64,000 nucleotides of DNA, taken from Escherichia coli (GTDB taxonomy: Bacteria; Pseudomonadota; Gammaproteobacteria; Enterobacterales; Enterobacteriaceae). The stretch is from NCBI RefSeq assembly GCF_030013595.1, contig NZ_CP122768.1; one strand, 5' to 3'. Numbering within the stretch: the first letter of the stretch is position 1; each line of letters opens with the position of its first letter. The notes under the pieces were generated by a model. The model had not been told where the DNA came from. It saw nothing but the letters and a program-made list of their open reading frames with translations, and did not search any database. The position numbers and the translations under genes were made by a program. Positions 42,650-52,413 of the stretch are shown in pieces.

Positions 42650-43107
42650 TTATTTTCCTCGTCATGTTGCAATGAAAATTTGCGGTGAAAAATGTTAAGG
42701 CGGCGGAGTATACCATAAGCTTCGCTAAAAATAGCAGTGGTTGTTTTTTGAGCGTGATATCGGCAGTGCTATAAAATACGTTAATATAATGACCAATAAA
42801 TATTTTTATCATGAATGTTTTTTGCCCGTATTGTTCGGGTTAATTAATGTTACATATTCAGCGGGCTGATTTTCATTTTTGCTGAATAAAGTCAATTTTT
42901 GTCACATTTCATCGCAGGGCTTACAGTGAAACGATCCCGGAAGCCGTTGGTGACGGGCGTGACCATAACTGTGGACAATCGAATTTACAAAAACGAGAGA
43001 AAAATCGAATACCCACCATTTTTAACGTTTCAAAGTTGCAATAAAAACCGCTAATATACGAATGACTAACTATCAGTAGCGTTATCCCTATTTCTGGAGA
43101 TATTCCT

Positions 43108-43764
43108 TTGATCAACGTTCTACTTGTTGATGACCACGAACTGGTGCGCGCAGGGATACGACGCATTCTGGAAGATATAAAGGGTATAAAAGTCGTCGGT
43201 GAGGCATCGTGCGGTGAAGACGCCGTTAAGTGGTGCCGGGCAAATGCCGTTGACGTGGTGCTAATGGACATGAGTATGCCGGGCATTGGCGGTCTTGAGG
43301 CGACGCGTAAAATCGCGCGTTCCACAGCTGATGTCAAAATCATCATGCTTACCGTCCATACAGAAAACCCTTTACCAGCGAAAGTCATGCAGGCCGGTGC
43401 TGCGGGCTACCTCAGCAAAGGCGCGGCTCCGCAGGAAGTCGTGAGTGCGATCCGTTCTGTCTATTCAGGGCAGCGTTACATTGCTTCTGACATCGCTCAA
43501 CAAATGGCGTTAAGCCAGATCGAACCAGAAAAAACAGAAAGCCCATTTGCCAGTTTGTCTGAACGTGAATTGCAGATTATGCTGATGATCACCAAGGGCC
43601 AGAAGGTCAATGAGATCTCAGAACAGCTCAATCTCAGTCCGAAAACGGTGAACAGCTACCGCTATCGTATGTTCAGTAAACTAAACATTCATGGCGATGT
43701 TGAGCTGACTCACCTGGCAATTCGCCATGGTCTGTGTAATGCGGAGACATTATCAAGTCAGTGA
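43108..43764 (+). CDS. uvrY: Response regulator UvrY (BarA partner, NarL/FixJ family)
   Basis: TTG start, 218 aa, with a receiver domain and a LuxR-type HTH. Confidence 0.93.
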
Positions 43765-45593
43765 GTGATCAGTTTGACGCAAAAGCGTTTTTAAAAACCG
43801 TAACCAGCCAGCCAGGCGTTTATCGCATGTATGATGCTGGTGGTACGGTTATCTATGTCGGCAAAGCGAAAGACCTGAAAAAACGGCTTTCCAGCTATTT
43901 CCGTAGCAACCTCGCTTCGCGCAAAACCGAAGCGCTGGTCGCCCAGATCCAGCAAATTGATGTAACGGTTACTCATACAGAAACCGAAGCGCTGTTGCTG
44001 GAACACAACTACATCAAACTCTATCAGCCGCGTTACAACGTTTTGCTACGCGATGATAAATCTTATCCTTTTATCTTCCTGAGTGGCGATACTCACCCGC
44101 GTCTGGCGATGCATCGTGGTGCGAAGCATGCCAAAGGTGAATATTTCGGCCCGTTCCCGAATGGCTATGCCGTACGTGAAACACTGGCGCTACTGCAAAA
44201 GATATTCCCCATTCGCCAGTGCGAAAATAGTGTTTATCGCAATCGCTCGCGTCCGTGTCTGCAATATCAGATAGGGCGCTGTCTGGGACCGTGCGTTGAA
44301 GGACTGGTGAGTGAAGAAGAATACGCTCAGCAGGTCGAGTATGTGCGCCTGTTTTTGTCTGGCAAAGATGATCAGGTGCTTACGCAACTCATTAGCCGTA
44401 TGGAAACTGCCAGCCAGAATCTGGAGTTTGAAGAAGCGGCACGTATTCGCGACCAAATTCAGGCGGTGCGACGCGTCACCGAAAAACAGTTTGTGTCCAA
44501 TACCGGCGACGACCTTGACGTTATTGGTGTGGCGTTCGATGCGGGCATGGCTTGTGTCCACGTATTGTTCATTCGTCAGGGTAAAGTGCTCGGCAGCCGC
44601 AGCTATTTCCCGAAAGTGCCTGGCGGTACGGAACTGAGCGAGGTGGTGGAAACCTTCGTAGGTCAGTTCTATTTACAAGGCAGCCAGATGCGCACCTTAC
44701 CGGGTGAGATCCTGCTCGATTTTAATCTTAGCGATAAAACGCTGCTCGCCGATTCCCTTTCAGAACTGGCGGGACGCAAGATTAATGTTCAAACTAAACC
44801 TCGCGGCGATCGGGCGCGTTATCTGAAACTCGCGCGCACCAATGCGGCGACGGCCTTAACCAGCAAACTTTCGCAGCAATCTACCGTTCACCAGCGACTG
44901 ACCGCACTTGCCAGCGTGTTGAAATTGCCGGAAGTGAAGCGGATGGAGTGCTTTGACATCAGCCATACCATGGGTGAACAAACCGTCGCTTCCTGTGTGG
45001 TGTTTGATGCTAACGGCCCGCTGCGTGCGGAGTATCGGCGCTATAACATTACTGGCATTACGCCGGGCGATGATTATGCGGCGATGAATCAGGTGCTGCG
45101 TCGGCGTTATGGTAAAGCCATCGACGACAGTAAGATCCCGGATGTGATCCTTATTGACGGCGGCAAAGGCCAGCTTGCGCAGGCGAAAAATGTCTTCGCC
45201 GAACTGGATGTCTCATGGGATAAAAATCATCCGCTGCTACTTGGCGTTGCCAAAGGAGCAGATAGGAAGGCTGGGCTGGAAACGCTGTTCTTTGAGCCGG
45301 AAGGTGAGGGATTCAGTTTGCCGCCAGATTCTCCCGCGCTGCATGTTATCCAGCATATTCGCGACGAATCACACGATCACGCGATTGGTGGGCACCGTAA
45401 AAAACGGGCGAAGGTCAAAAATACCAGTTCCCTGGAAACCATTGAAGGCGTCGGGCCAAAACGTCGGCAAATGTTGTTGAAATATATGGGCGGTTTGCAA
45501 GGTTTACGTAACGCCAGCGTTGAGGAAATTGCAAAAGTGCCGGGTATTTCGCAAGGTCTGGCAGAAAAGATCTTCTGGTCGTTGAAACATTGA
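43761..45593 (+). CDS. uvrC: Excinuclease ABC subunit C
   Basis: GTG start overlapping the uvrY stop. 610 aa with an N-terminal GIY-YIG domain (GVYRMYD...VIYVGKA) and a C-terminal (HhH)2 domain. Confidence 0.95.
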
Positions 45594-45649
45594 TGTCTCT
45601 GTAGCAACATAGGGGTAATCTTACTGACAACAGATAGTTACCCGTCATT

Positions 45650-46198
45650 ATGCAATTTAATATCCCTACGTTGCTTACACTGTTCCGTGTCATCCTTATC
45701 CCATTCTTTGTATTGGTCTTTTATCTGCCTGTCACCTGGTCGCCGTTTGCCGCCGCGCTCATTTTCTGCGTCGCGGCGGTGACTGACTGGTTCGATGGTT
45801 TTCTGGCACGCCGCTGGAACCAGAGTACCCGGTTTGGTGCTTTCCTTGACCCTGTAGCAGATAAAGTTCTCGTGGCTATCGCCATGGTGCTGGTAACCGA
45901 GCATTATCACAGCTGGTGGGTGACCTTACCGGCAGCAACGATGATCGCCCGTGAAATTATTATTTCTGCGCTACGCGAATGGATGGCGGAGTTGGGTAAA
46001 CGCAGTAGCGTGGCTGTCTCCTGGATTGGGAAAGTGAAAACCACTGCCCAGATGGTGGCGCTGGCCTGGCTGCTGTGGCGTCCGAACATTTGGGTTGAGT
46101 ACGCCGGTATTGCACTTTTCTTTGTGGCTGCGGTACTGACTCTGTGGTCAATGTTGCAATATTTGAGCGCTGCGCGTGCAGATTTGCTTGATCAGTGA
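45650..46198 (+). CDS. pgsA: Phosphatidylglycerophosphate synthase PgsA
   Basis: 182 aa with the CDP-alcohol phosphotransferase motif DxxDGxxAR...D ([10 protein letters not shown]...DPVADK). Confidence 0.95.
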
Positions 46199-46248
46199 TC
46201 GTTTCGGCGCAATTTTCAGCAAACGATCAAAAGTGGTGAAAAATATCG

Positions 46249-46276
46249 TTGACTCATCGCGCCAGGTAAGTAGAAT
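46249..46276 (+). promoter_or_regulatory. Sigma-70 promoter of the glyW-cysT-leuZ operon
   Basis: TTGACT-16 nt-TAGAAT followed by a GC-rich discriminator (GCAACGC). Confidence 0.7.
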
Positions 46277-46349
46277 GCAACGCATCGAACGGCGGCACTG
46301 ATTGCCAGACGATAATAAAATCAAGTTATTAACTGATTGCTTGATGAAT

Positions 46350-46425
<76 letters not shown>

Positions 46426-46479
46426 GTTTAAAAGGCATCGGCGTCAAGCGGATGTCTGGCTGAAAGGCCTGAAGAATTT

Positions 46480-46553
46480 GGCGCGTTAACAAAGCGGTTA
46501 TGTAGCGGATTGCAAATCCGTCTAGTCCGGTTCGACTCCGGAACGCGCCTCCA
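46480..46553 (+). tRNA. cysT: tRNA-Cys (anticodon GCA)
   Basis: 74-nt GGCGCGTTAACAAAGCGGTTATGTAGCGGATTGCAAATCCGTC...ACGCGCCTCCA. Confidence 0.97.
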
Positions 46554-46565
46554 CTTTCTTCCCGA

Positions 46566-46652
46566 GCCCGGATGGTGGAATCGGTAGACACAAGGGATTT
46601 AAAATCCCTCGGCGTTCGCGCTGTGCGGGTTCAAGTCCCGCTCCGGGTACCA
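46566..46652 (+). tRNA. leuZ: tRNA-Leu (anticodon TAA), class II with a long variable arm
   Basis: 87-nt GCCCGGATGGTGGAATCGGTAGACACAAGGGATTTAAAATCCCTCGGCGTTCGCGCTGTGCGGGTTCAAGTCCCGCTCCGGGTACCA. Confidence 0.97.
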
Positions 46653-46695
46653 TGGGAAAGATGAGAATAAAATCAAAGCAATAAGCAGTGTCGTG

Positions 46696-46719
46696 AAACC
46701 ACCTTCGGGTGGTTTTTTT
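46696..46719 (+). terminator. tRNA-operon rho-independent terminator
   Basis: AAACCACC-TTCG-GGTGGTTT followed by TTTT. Confidence 0.8.
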
Positions 46720-46782
46720 GTGTCTTCTTTCTCATTTCCGAAGATGCGTCCGAAGATGATTTTTCTCTGGACGCATCATCAT

Positions 46783-47826
46783 TCATTTTCTCTGGCCACC
46801 AACTACGGGCACTACTTTAACTTTTCGGTCATATGCTGCTGTCTGTCGTGGGTTCTTATGCCCGGAAATTGCTTGCTTCTCTTCCAGGCTGCCTTCCAGA
46901 TCAGAGATACCTTTTGCTTTCAGATCATGAAATGTGAAGTCTATTTGCAGATGAGGATATTTTTCCTGTGCTGCCGCTTTGACATCACGCCAACGAGAGT
47001 TAAAACCATCACGGGTGTACTTGCCTCCGGTAGTTTGATGAATCACAAACAGGCTACTGATTCCCGGTTTTAATGGCAGAGAACGAGCCAGAGCTATCGC
47101 TTTCTGCAGACGAGGCGACCAGGCTTTGATTTGCTTAACGCCGGTTTTTCCCTGACGAATGTAGATCCCGGAATCGAACAGCTGGTCTTTCTGTAATGAA
47201 AGTACATCACTCTGTCTGGCCACACATAAGTAGGCAATCTCCATTGCCACGCGAACAACATCAGGAGACACTTCATAAACGGCCTGATATTCTTCATCCG
47301 TAATATAACGTTCGCGTGCTGTCTCTTTAAACTGCTTAACTCCCTGACAAGGATTCCTCTGGACATAACCTCGTTCATAACCCCAACGGAATACCCTGGA
47401 CATAAAGCTTTTTTCCCTATTTGCCTGAGTTCGGCTTGATAAACCGCGTTGATCCATATAGCGCCGAATATGTTCAGGTTTGATTTTATCCGGGTCGATC
47501 TTCCCGAAGACAGGCAGAACTTTTCCGGAATATTTTGTGTAGTCTTTCCTGGTTTCGACTGCCAAATCCATAAAATCAGGGGAGGTCATGAATTGTTCCG
47601 CGAGCGCCTGAAAAGTATTTCTTTCTTTTTCGTCACCGACCGCTTTTTCATATGCCAGCCATACGGCTGATCGTGGCGCATCCAATGCGCACAGGCGTAT
47701 CGCTTTGTTATCTTTATTCCTGAATTCGTAGGCCGCTTTGCCCTGGTAAACACGAGGCGGCATCCAGTTATCTGCTGGGTTCTTTCTCTTTCCGGCCATT
47801 AAATATTGCTCCAAAATCAGGTTCAT
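46783..47826 (-). CDS. int: Tyrosine-recombinase phage integrase
   Basis: 347 aa. The C-terminal catalytic region has R (CVARQSDV), HDLK and GH...Y (AISGHKNPRQTAAYDRK). It is adjacent to a tRNA locus. Confidence 0.9.
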   Translation of the reverse strand: MNLILEQYLMAGKRKNPADNWMPPRVYQGKAAYEFRNKDNKAIRLCALDAPRSAVWLAYEKAVGDEKERNTFQALAEQFMTSPDFMDLAVETRKDYTKYSGKVLPVFGKIDPDKIKPEHIRRYMDQRGLSSRTQANREKSFMSRVFRWGYERGYVQRNPCQGVKQFKETARERYITDEEYQAVYEVSPDVVRVAMEIAYLCVARQSDVLSLQKDQLFDSGIYIRQGKTGVKQIKAWSPRLQKAIALARSLPLKPGISSLFVIHQTTGGKYTRDGFNSRWRDVKAAAQEKYPHLQIDFTFHDLKAKGISDLEGSLEEKQAISGHKNPRQTAAYDRKVKVVPVVGGQRK

Positions 47827-48031
47827 CTTCTTTTCGCGTCGTCACCTCCTGTAAATTGCGAAATTTTATTGGGTTCAAGAAATGGCCCCAGGTTGTTTTT
47901 GGGTGCCCGTCAGCCCTTTCCATGAAGAAAATTCCAGCCCGGCGAAGAGCCTCACATTGCTTTGATTTAAGTGGGCTTCCCGTCAGCTCGACCATTTCTT
48001 CTCTGGTGATTATGTCGTGATCGCTTTTCAT
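47768..48031 (-). CDS. Excisionase-like small DNA-binding protein (DUF4224-like)
   Basis: 87 aa. It overlaps the int start, as xis genes do. ITREEMVELTGSPLKSKQCEALRRAGIFF resembles phage Xis/DUF4224 HTH proteins. It has the conserved GAGGAAAGACC RBS. Confidence 0.55.
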   Translation of the reverse strand: MKSDHDIITREEMVELTGSPLKSKQCEALRRAGIFFMERADGHPKTTWGHFLNPIKFRNLQEVTTRKEDEPDFGAIFNGRKEKEPSR

Positions 48032-48191
48032 GGTCTTTCCTCATTATGTAGCTTATTGCGTCATCTGCCTTCTGGCAGGCACGGGCAATATCAGACTCGG
48101 TCAAAGTCTGTTTCCTGACGCTGGCCGACAGTCGGCCAATTTTGATATCAAATGCGGAGAGCAGAGTTGCTCCCGGTTGCCATCGCAGCAT
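47967..48191 (-). CDS. Hypothetical phage protein (74 aa)
   Basis: ATG at 48191 lies 5 nt after GGAGGA. The product overlaps the next gene by 65 nt, so it is uncertain. Confidence 0.4.
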   Translation of the reverse strand: MLRWQPGATLLSAFDIKIGRLSASVRKQTLTESDIARACQKADDAISYIMRKDHEKRSRHNHQRRNGRADGKPT

Positions 48192-48240
48192 TGTGATCCT
48201 CCGGTTACTGGTGAAACGCAATGCTAGCGATGGTGAGTTT

Positions 48241-48423
48241 TTATTTCTGATTAGGCGTAATCAGTTCTGGTGGGGGGAATGCCGATTTCTCCCGCGTGAC
48301 CTTAATGTTTTCTGGCAGGTGTAGCCCAAGTTCGCAGCGACTCCGTGCTTCAATAATGCCATTGGTACCATCGGCAAGTACCAGGTGAACCGCGTCACCA
48401 CGCTTTAATGTGAGTTTAAGCAT
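48241..48423 (-). CDS. Small beta-rich protein, CsrA-like or AbrB/SpoVT-like (60 aa)
   Basis: MLKLTLKRGDAVHLVL...ELGLHLPENIKVTREK aligns by eye with CsrA [15 protein letters not shown]...[16 protein letters not shown]. The assignment is tentative. Confidence 0.4.
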   Translation of the reverse strand: MLKLTLKRGDAVHLVLADGTNGIIEARSRCELGLHLPENIKVTREKSAFPPPELITPNQK

Positions 48424-48992
48424 TAGCGTACCCTCAGCGAACGTTCGCCGCGTTCCAGATGTGCGCCTGGTACCGGGTTTAATAACTCGGCTGGTGGTGT
48501 TTCTCCACGCGCCAGTATTTCGGCGGCAACCGCCTCCGCAGATTCAATCACTTCTTTAATGGCTCGCTTGTTTGGTGTAATAACCGTTTCTACATCAACA
48601 AGTGACACGCCTTCATACTCATCCGGGATCTTATCTTTGCTATCGATAATTACCCGGATAGCCCCCTGTGCATCAGTAAATGTGTTTTTTGCGGTTTTTA
48701 GTTTATCCAGGCCAGCAGCTTGCAGGCAGGCGAGCATATGCTTCCGAATTGCTTTTTCCTTGCCTTCAAAGGACGTCTTACGGGTAGCCAGGCGAGACAT
48801 TTCTTCAGCGCAGGTACTGGCATTGCCCTGTAAATTACGGCAGATGACCATCATGGCGTCCAGTTTGTCTCCCAGTTCTCCTTCCATACCTTCAAGCGTG
48901 TCGGCGATCATCTCTGGCGTCAGTTCGTCGGAGGTTTCTAACAGGTCAATCAGACTGGCATATTCTTTTGCAATAGCGATAGCAGTGCTCAT
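48423..48992 (-). CDS. Siphovirus Gp157-family protein
   Basis: 189 aa. The pattern EYASLIDLLE..DELTPEMIADTLEGMEGELGDKLD and a central coiled coil are typical of PF05565 as I recall it. Confidence 0.5.
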   Translation of the reverse strand: MSTAIAIAKEYASLIDLLETSDELTPEMIADTLEGMEGELGDKLDAMMVICRNLQGNASTCAEEMSRLATRKTSFEGKEKAIRKHMLACLQAAGLDKLKTAKNTFTDAQGAIRVIIDSKDKIPDEYEGVSLVDVETVITPNKRAIKEVIESAEAVAAEILARGETPPAELLNPVPGAHLERGERSLRVR

Positions 48993-51214
48993 GCTGTTTG
49001 CTCCTGTGCTGCGGTGAGGGCGGTGAGGCGTTCGGTTTTGATTTCATTCAAACGGCGCAGGCGCGAACCAAGATAAGTTGAATACTCCTTATCACCTTTG
49101 GATTCTGCGGCCTTGCGGTGAACTTCTACTTCCCGCGCAATAAGGCCATAGACTTTATTAACTTCATTGGGGGTTACGGCTGCAGCCAGTGTTTTGGCAA
49201 CACCTGAGAGTCGTTCATCCAGTTCTTCACGCAGTCGGGTAGCATCCTCTGCTTTCTCGCTTGCCTTCTTAATACTGTATTCTGTATTCAGCTCGGCGGT
49301 GTAGGCACTATCGTTATGCATATCCATATAAACATCTGCCGCAAATCCCAGATGAGATAGTGCTTTGACGGTGGCATCAGTAAGAGACTTTTTGGAGGCC
49401 TCTTTTTCCATTACCAGTGCCCCTTTGTTATTTTTTGATATGTAATCCGTGTGGCCATATGACGGAATAAATCCTTTCACTCCGTTCCAGATGTACCAGA
49501 GATCTATCCGGATGGTGTGTACTGACAGGCAGAACAGGGAACCGTCAGCATCCCTGACAGGTTTTTGTCCAATAATTTTCCCTGTCTGATCCTGTATAGG
49601 TTCAAGTAATGGCACACCGCGATCCACTCGCTCCTCCTTGATTTCAACTCCCCAACCAATGCCTTCCATTCCCAGCACTTCAGTCGCACGCATCAAAATA
49701 TATTGTGCGCGTATGGAGTGCAGTCCTGCACCGTAATCATTATGTGTGACATACGCAGGATCGGTCCGCTGAACGCGATTCCAGATAGCCAAATTTGCTT
49801 TGCTCTGGTCATCATTCATTGCTGACAGATAATGCTCCATGCGAATTGATGCAGTTTTTTCCTCGGCATGGGGCGGCTCAACCAGCGCGTCAACGTTCTG
49901 CACCAGGTCTTTTACCTGCTCGCTAAGTTTTTCTTGTGGAGGAGTCTCTTCTGCCGGGGTAATAGCTGCAGGTTCCCTCTGTGATACGGCGTTATTTTCA
50001 GGTACGTCATACACATGGCGAGGCGTGACAAACTGCTCACGCAACTGCTGCAAACTACGTTCTCCAGCATTTGCTGCTTCGCTTTTTTCGCCCTGATTTG
50101 AGGGTGTTTCTGACATCATTCCATCAATTGAGAATCGCCCGCCGCCGTGGTTGGTGACTTTTACATCATCCTTTGGTGCTGTTTCCTTTGGCTTCTCTTC
50201 AACAGCATTTGCATCACGCTGCCCGTTAGCTTGCAGCCAGTTGTCGATGTGACTGCGCAGGGATTGCGGGAAGTGGTACGTGTCTTTTGCGGGGGCGCTC
50301 TGAATAACACCGAATACTGATGCGCGGTCATAGGCAAGGATCTGATCCGTTGTGCGCAAGGCCATTGACCAGCGTTTAAAATCCTCCCGATCCTGGCTGA
50401 TTATTTCGTCTGCCGCTTTCAGGACGCTGGGGGTGATTTTTTCCGGGCCAACGGGTAACAGGGCGCAGGCAATTTCACGATCCAGTGTGGCGTGAGTCTG
50501 TTGGTAAGGACGTGCGGATGCTGTTTCTGGTTTTACCTCCGGCAGCATTTCATCGCGTTTACCGGGATTCTCTACCCATTTTTTTATAAATTTGGAGATA
50601 GTCCAACTGGTCGGGTTTTGTTCCTGGGTATCGCAACTTGCCAAAATTGCATGTACCAGATTATTCAATCCAGCAATATGCATGTACTCGATGGGCTTAC
50701 ACGCCACCATGGCATCAAGAACGATGCGGTTAAACGCGTCAACCTCATCCTCACTGTCAGTATCACTGTTGTCGAGCATCTCCAGGTATTCACGCGTCTG
50801 CGCAAGCAATTCACTGTCGACTTCGTTGGCGTCGTGGCTGAACAGCAGGACGGCGGCGAAGCGTTCACGAGCCGGCAGTTTCATCAGGTCGTTAACCTGT
50901 GCGATATCTGCTGAACCGCTATCTGAATCAGCGGGGGTGTTAACTACCCATTTTTCGCCATCAAAACTGTGTTCTGTGGCAAACGTCTCATCAAACTCAC
51001 CGACGCCAGGGCGCGGTTGGCCCGGGGCATCTTCCCAGATTTTAGGTTTGAAATAGTTGTCGCCGTGGTCAGGGTAGGCTTCCCACAATTTGCCGATGAT
51101 GATGTTCTCGGCAACTTTTTTGTTAGGGGCGTCGATGGCGATGGCCAGCGCCGGGATCGCGCCGTTTTTGAGCGCGCCTTTTTTCGCTTCTAACAAGCCG
51201 TTAAAGATGGTCAT
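48989..51214 (-). CDS. Large (741 aa) phage protein with a C-terminal Rad52/Sak-like single-strand annealing domain
   Basis: The C-terminal ~250 aa (GLHSIRAQYILMRATEVLGMEGIGWG...KKSLTDATVKALSHLGFAADVY) resemble Rad52-family SSAPs. The acidic N-terminal ~470 aa are unassigned. Conserved RBS present. Confidence 0.5.
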   Translation of the reverse strand: MTIFNGLLEAKKGALKNGAIPALAIAIDAPNKKVAENIIIGKLWEAYPDHGDNYFKPKIWEDAPGQPRPGVGEFDETFATEHSFDGEKWVVNTPADSDSGSADIAQVNDLMKLPARERFAAVLLFSHDANEVDSELLAQTREYLEMLDNSDTDSEDEVDAFNRIVLDAMVACKPIEYMHIAGLNNLVHAILASCDTQEQNPTSWTISKFIKKWVENPGKRDEMLPEVKPETASARPYQQTHATLDREIACALLPVGPEKITPSVLKAADEIISQDREDFKRWSMALRTTDQILAYDRASVFGVIQSAPAKDTYHFPQSLRSHIDNWLQANGQRDANAVEEKPKETAPKDDVKVTNHGGGRFSIDGMMSETPSNQGEKSEAANAGERSLQQLREQFVTPRHVYDVPENNAVSQREPAAITPAEETPPQEKLSEQVKDLVQNVDALVEPPHAEEKTASIRMEHYLSAMNDDQSKANLAIWNRVQRTDPAYVTHNDYGAGLHSIRAQYILMRATEVLGMEGIGWGVEIKEERVDRGVPLLEPIQDQTGKIIGQKPVRDADGSLFCLSVHTIRIDLWYIWNGVKGFIPSYGHTDYISKNNKGALVMEKEASKKSLTDATVKALSHLGFAADVYMDMHNDSAYTAELNTEYSIKKASEKAEDATRLREELDERLSGVAKTLAAAVTPNEVNKVYGLIAREVEVHRKAAESKGDKEYSTYLGSRLRRLNEIKTERLTALTAAQEQTA

Positions 51215-51244
51215 TGGTCTTTCCTCATTACAGGTCAGTGGTCT

Positions 51245-51565
51245 TTAGTAGGGGATTTCATCAGTATCTGGCGTGTATTCGATGCAAAGTAACTGCTGGA
51301 TTTTGTCATCGATAGCAGCAATACGCTGTTGGGCGTCGGCGACTGTTTTCTGTTTTTGCTCATACAGCTGCTCGACCTGCAAACCGATGATGTCGATTGG
51401 CTGGGGCTGGTTGACGGTAATTTCAATTTCGCGGCTTTCCAGAAGGATGTACCTGTCTGGAAAATTTTTTGACATATCAACAGTCGCAACAAGCAGCTTT
51501 TCGTGGCTGAAAGTTGAAGTTGCATAATTAATAAAGAGTGTTACTGGGATGGTGCGCGCTTCCAT
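51245..51565 (-). CDS. Hypothetical phage protein (106 aa)
   Basis: AAGGAG lies 5 nt upstream of the ATG. It is the first ORF after the ORF-free leader. Confidence 0.55.
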   Translation of the reverse strand: MEARTIPVTLFINYATSTFSHEKLLVATVDMSKNFPDRYILLESREIEITVNQPQPIDIIGLQVEQLYEQKQKTVADAQQRIAAIDDKIQQLLCIEYTPDTDEIPY

Positions 51566-52413
51566 AGCGACTCCTTGGTGATGTATACTCGGGACCGATC
51601 AGCGAATATTGATCAGCTTCCATAGCGTCAGTGTCGTTGGTCTTTCCTCATCACAAGTTTGGTCACTTGTGATAAATCCGAATGGTTTGGTCGCCGTTCG
51701 GGGTAACTGGCCCGCCTTGTGCGGGTCTTTTGCTATCTAAAGGGTGCCGGTTACGTTTCCGGCGTCGTTATGTTTCCATCACGACCGTACGGGGCTGGTC
51801 TTTCCTGTTTTGAGCTGGTCAGGCTCATGGTCAACGCTGGTCAGGCGTGGTACTTCCTCCGGTCTTTCCCTGGTGTCACGCTGCGGGTTTGGCCTCTCCT
51901 GTTGGGGACTCAGGCACAGCGATAAAACCTGGCTGTGTGAAAAAATGGCCCATCGTGCGGACTGGGCAAAGGCTAAACACAGCAAATTGATGATGGGCGC
52001 CCGGAATCGAACCGGGTAACGGGCAGGGAGTTCCCGTTAAACACCTGTTCACCACAACCGGGAGCGCACTCCGCCATTTCAAAATTTAACGACAAAGCTC
52101 AAAGTTGAGTCGATGAAGTGCGCTCTCGTGTTGTAGCCAGGACTCTTCCCTGGTGGTCACACCGTATCGCCTTGATGGTGAATCAATCGCTCATACCTGG
52201 CTGTGGCTTGCACATTCCGGCTAGCTGCTATGGAGACAACGCGTTAAGGCTCCGCTTCCATCCAGACCGCTTCGACACATGTGCCATATGCCGGCGAAGT
52301 CTTTCCCTCTGTCATCGTGTTGGCGCCGACGCGCAAAATTTGATGCCGTCTTTCCGGCTGTCAGAACGTGTTTCTGAACAACTGCCGCTGGGTAAGCGTT
52401 GTTGATGAAAGTG

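Noticed and set aside
51991-52082. tRNA-like segment on the minus strand. It has a T-arm CCCGG-TTCGATT-CCGGG followed by CGCCCAT-C, which resembles an acceptor 3' strand.
   Set aside because: I could not build a cloverleaf. The putative 5' acceptor strand (ATGGCGG) mispairs at two of seven positions. No D-arm complement is present. The only anticodon-like hairpin has a 9-nt loop, and there is no CCA. I treat it as a motif inside the ORF-free leader, not as a tRNA gene.
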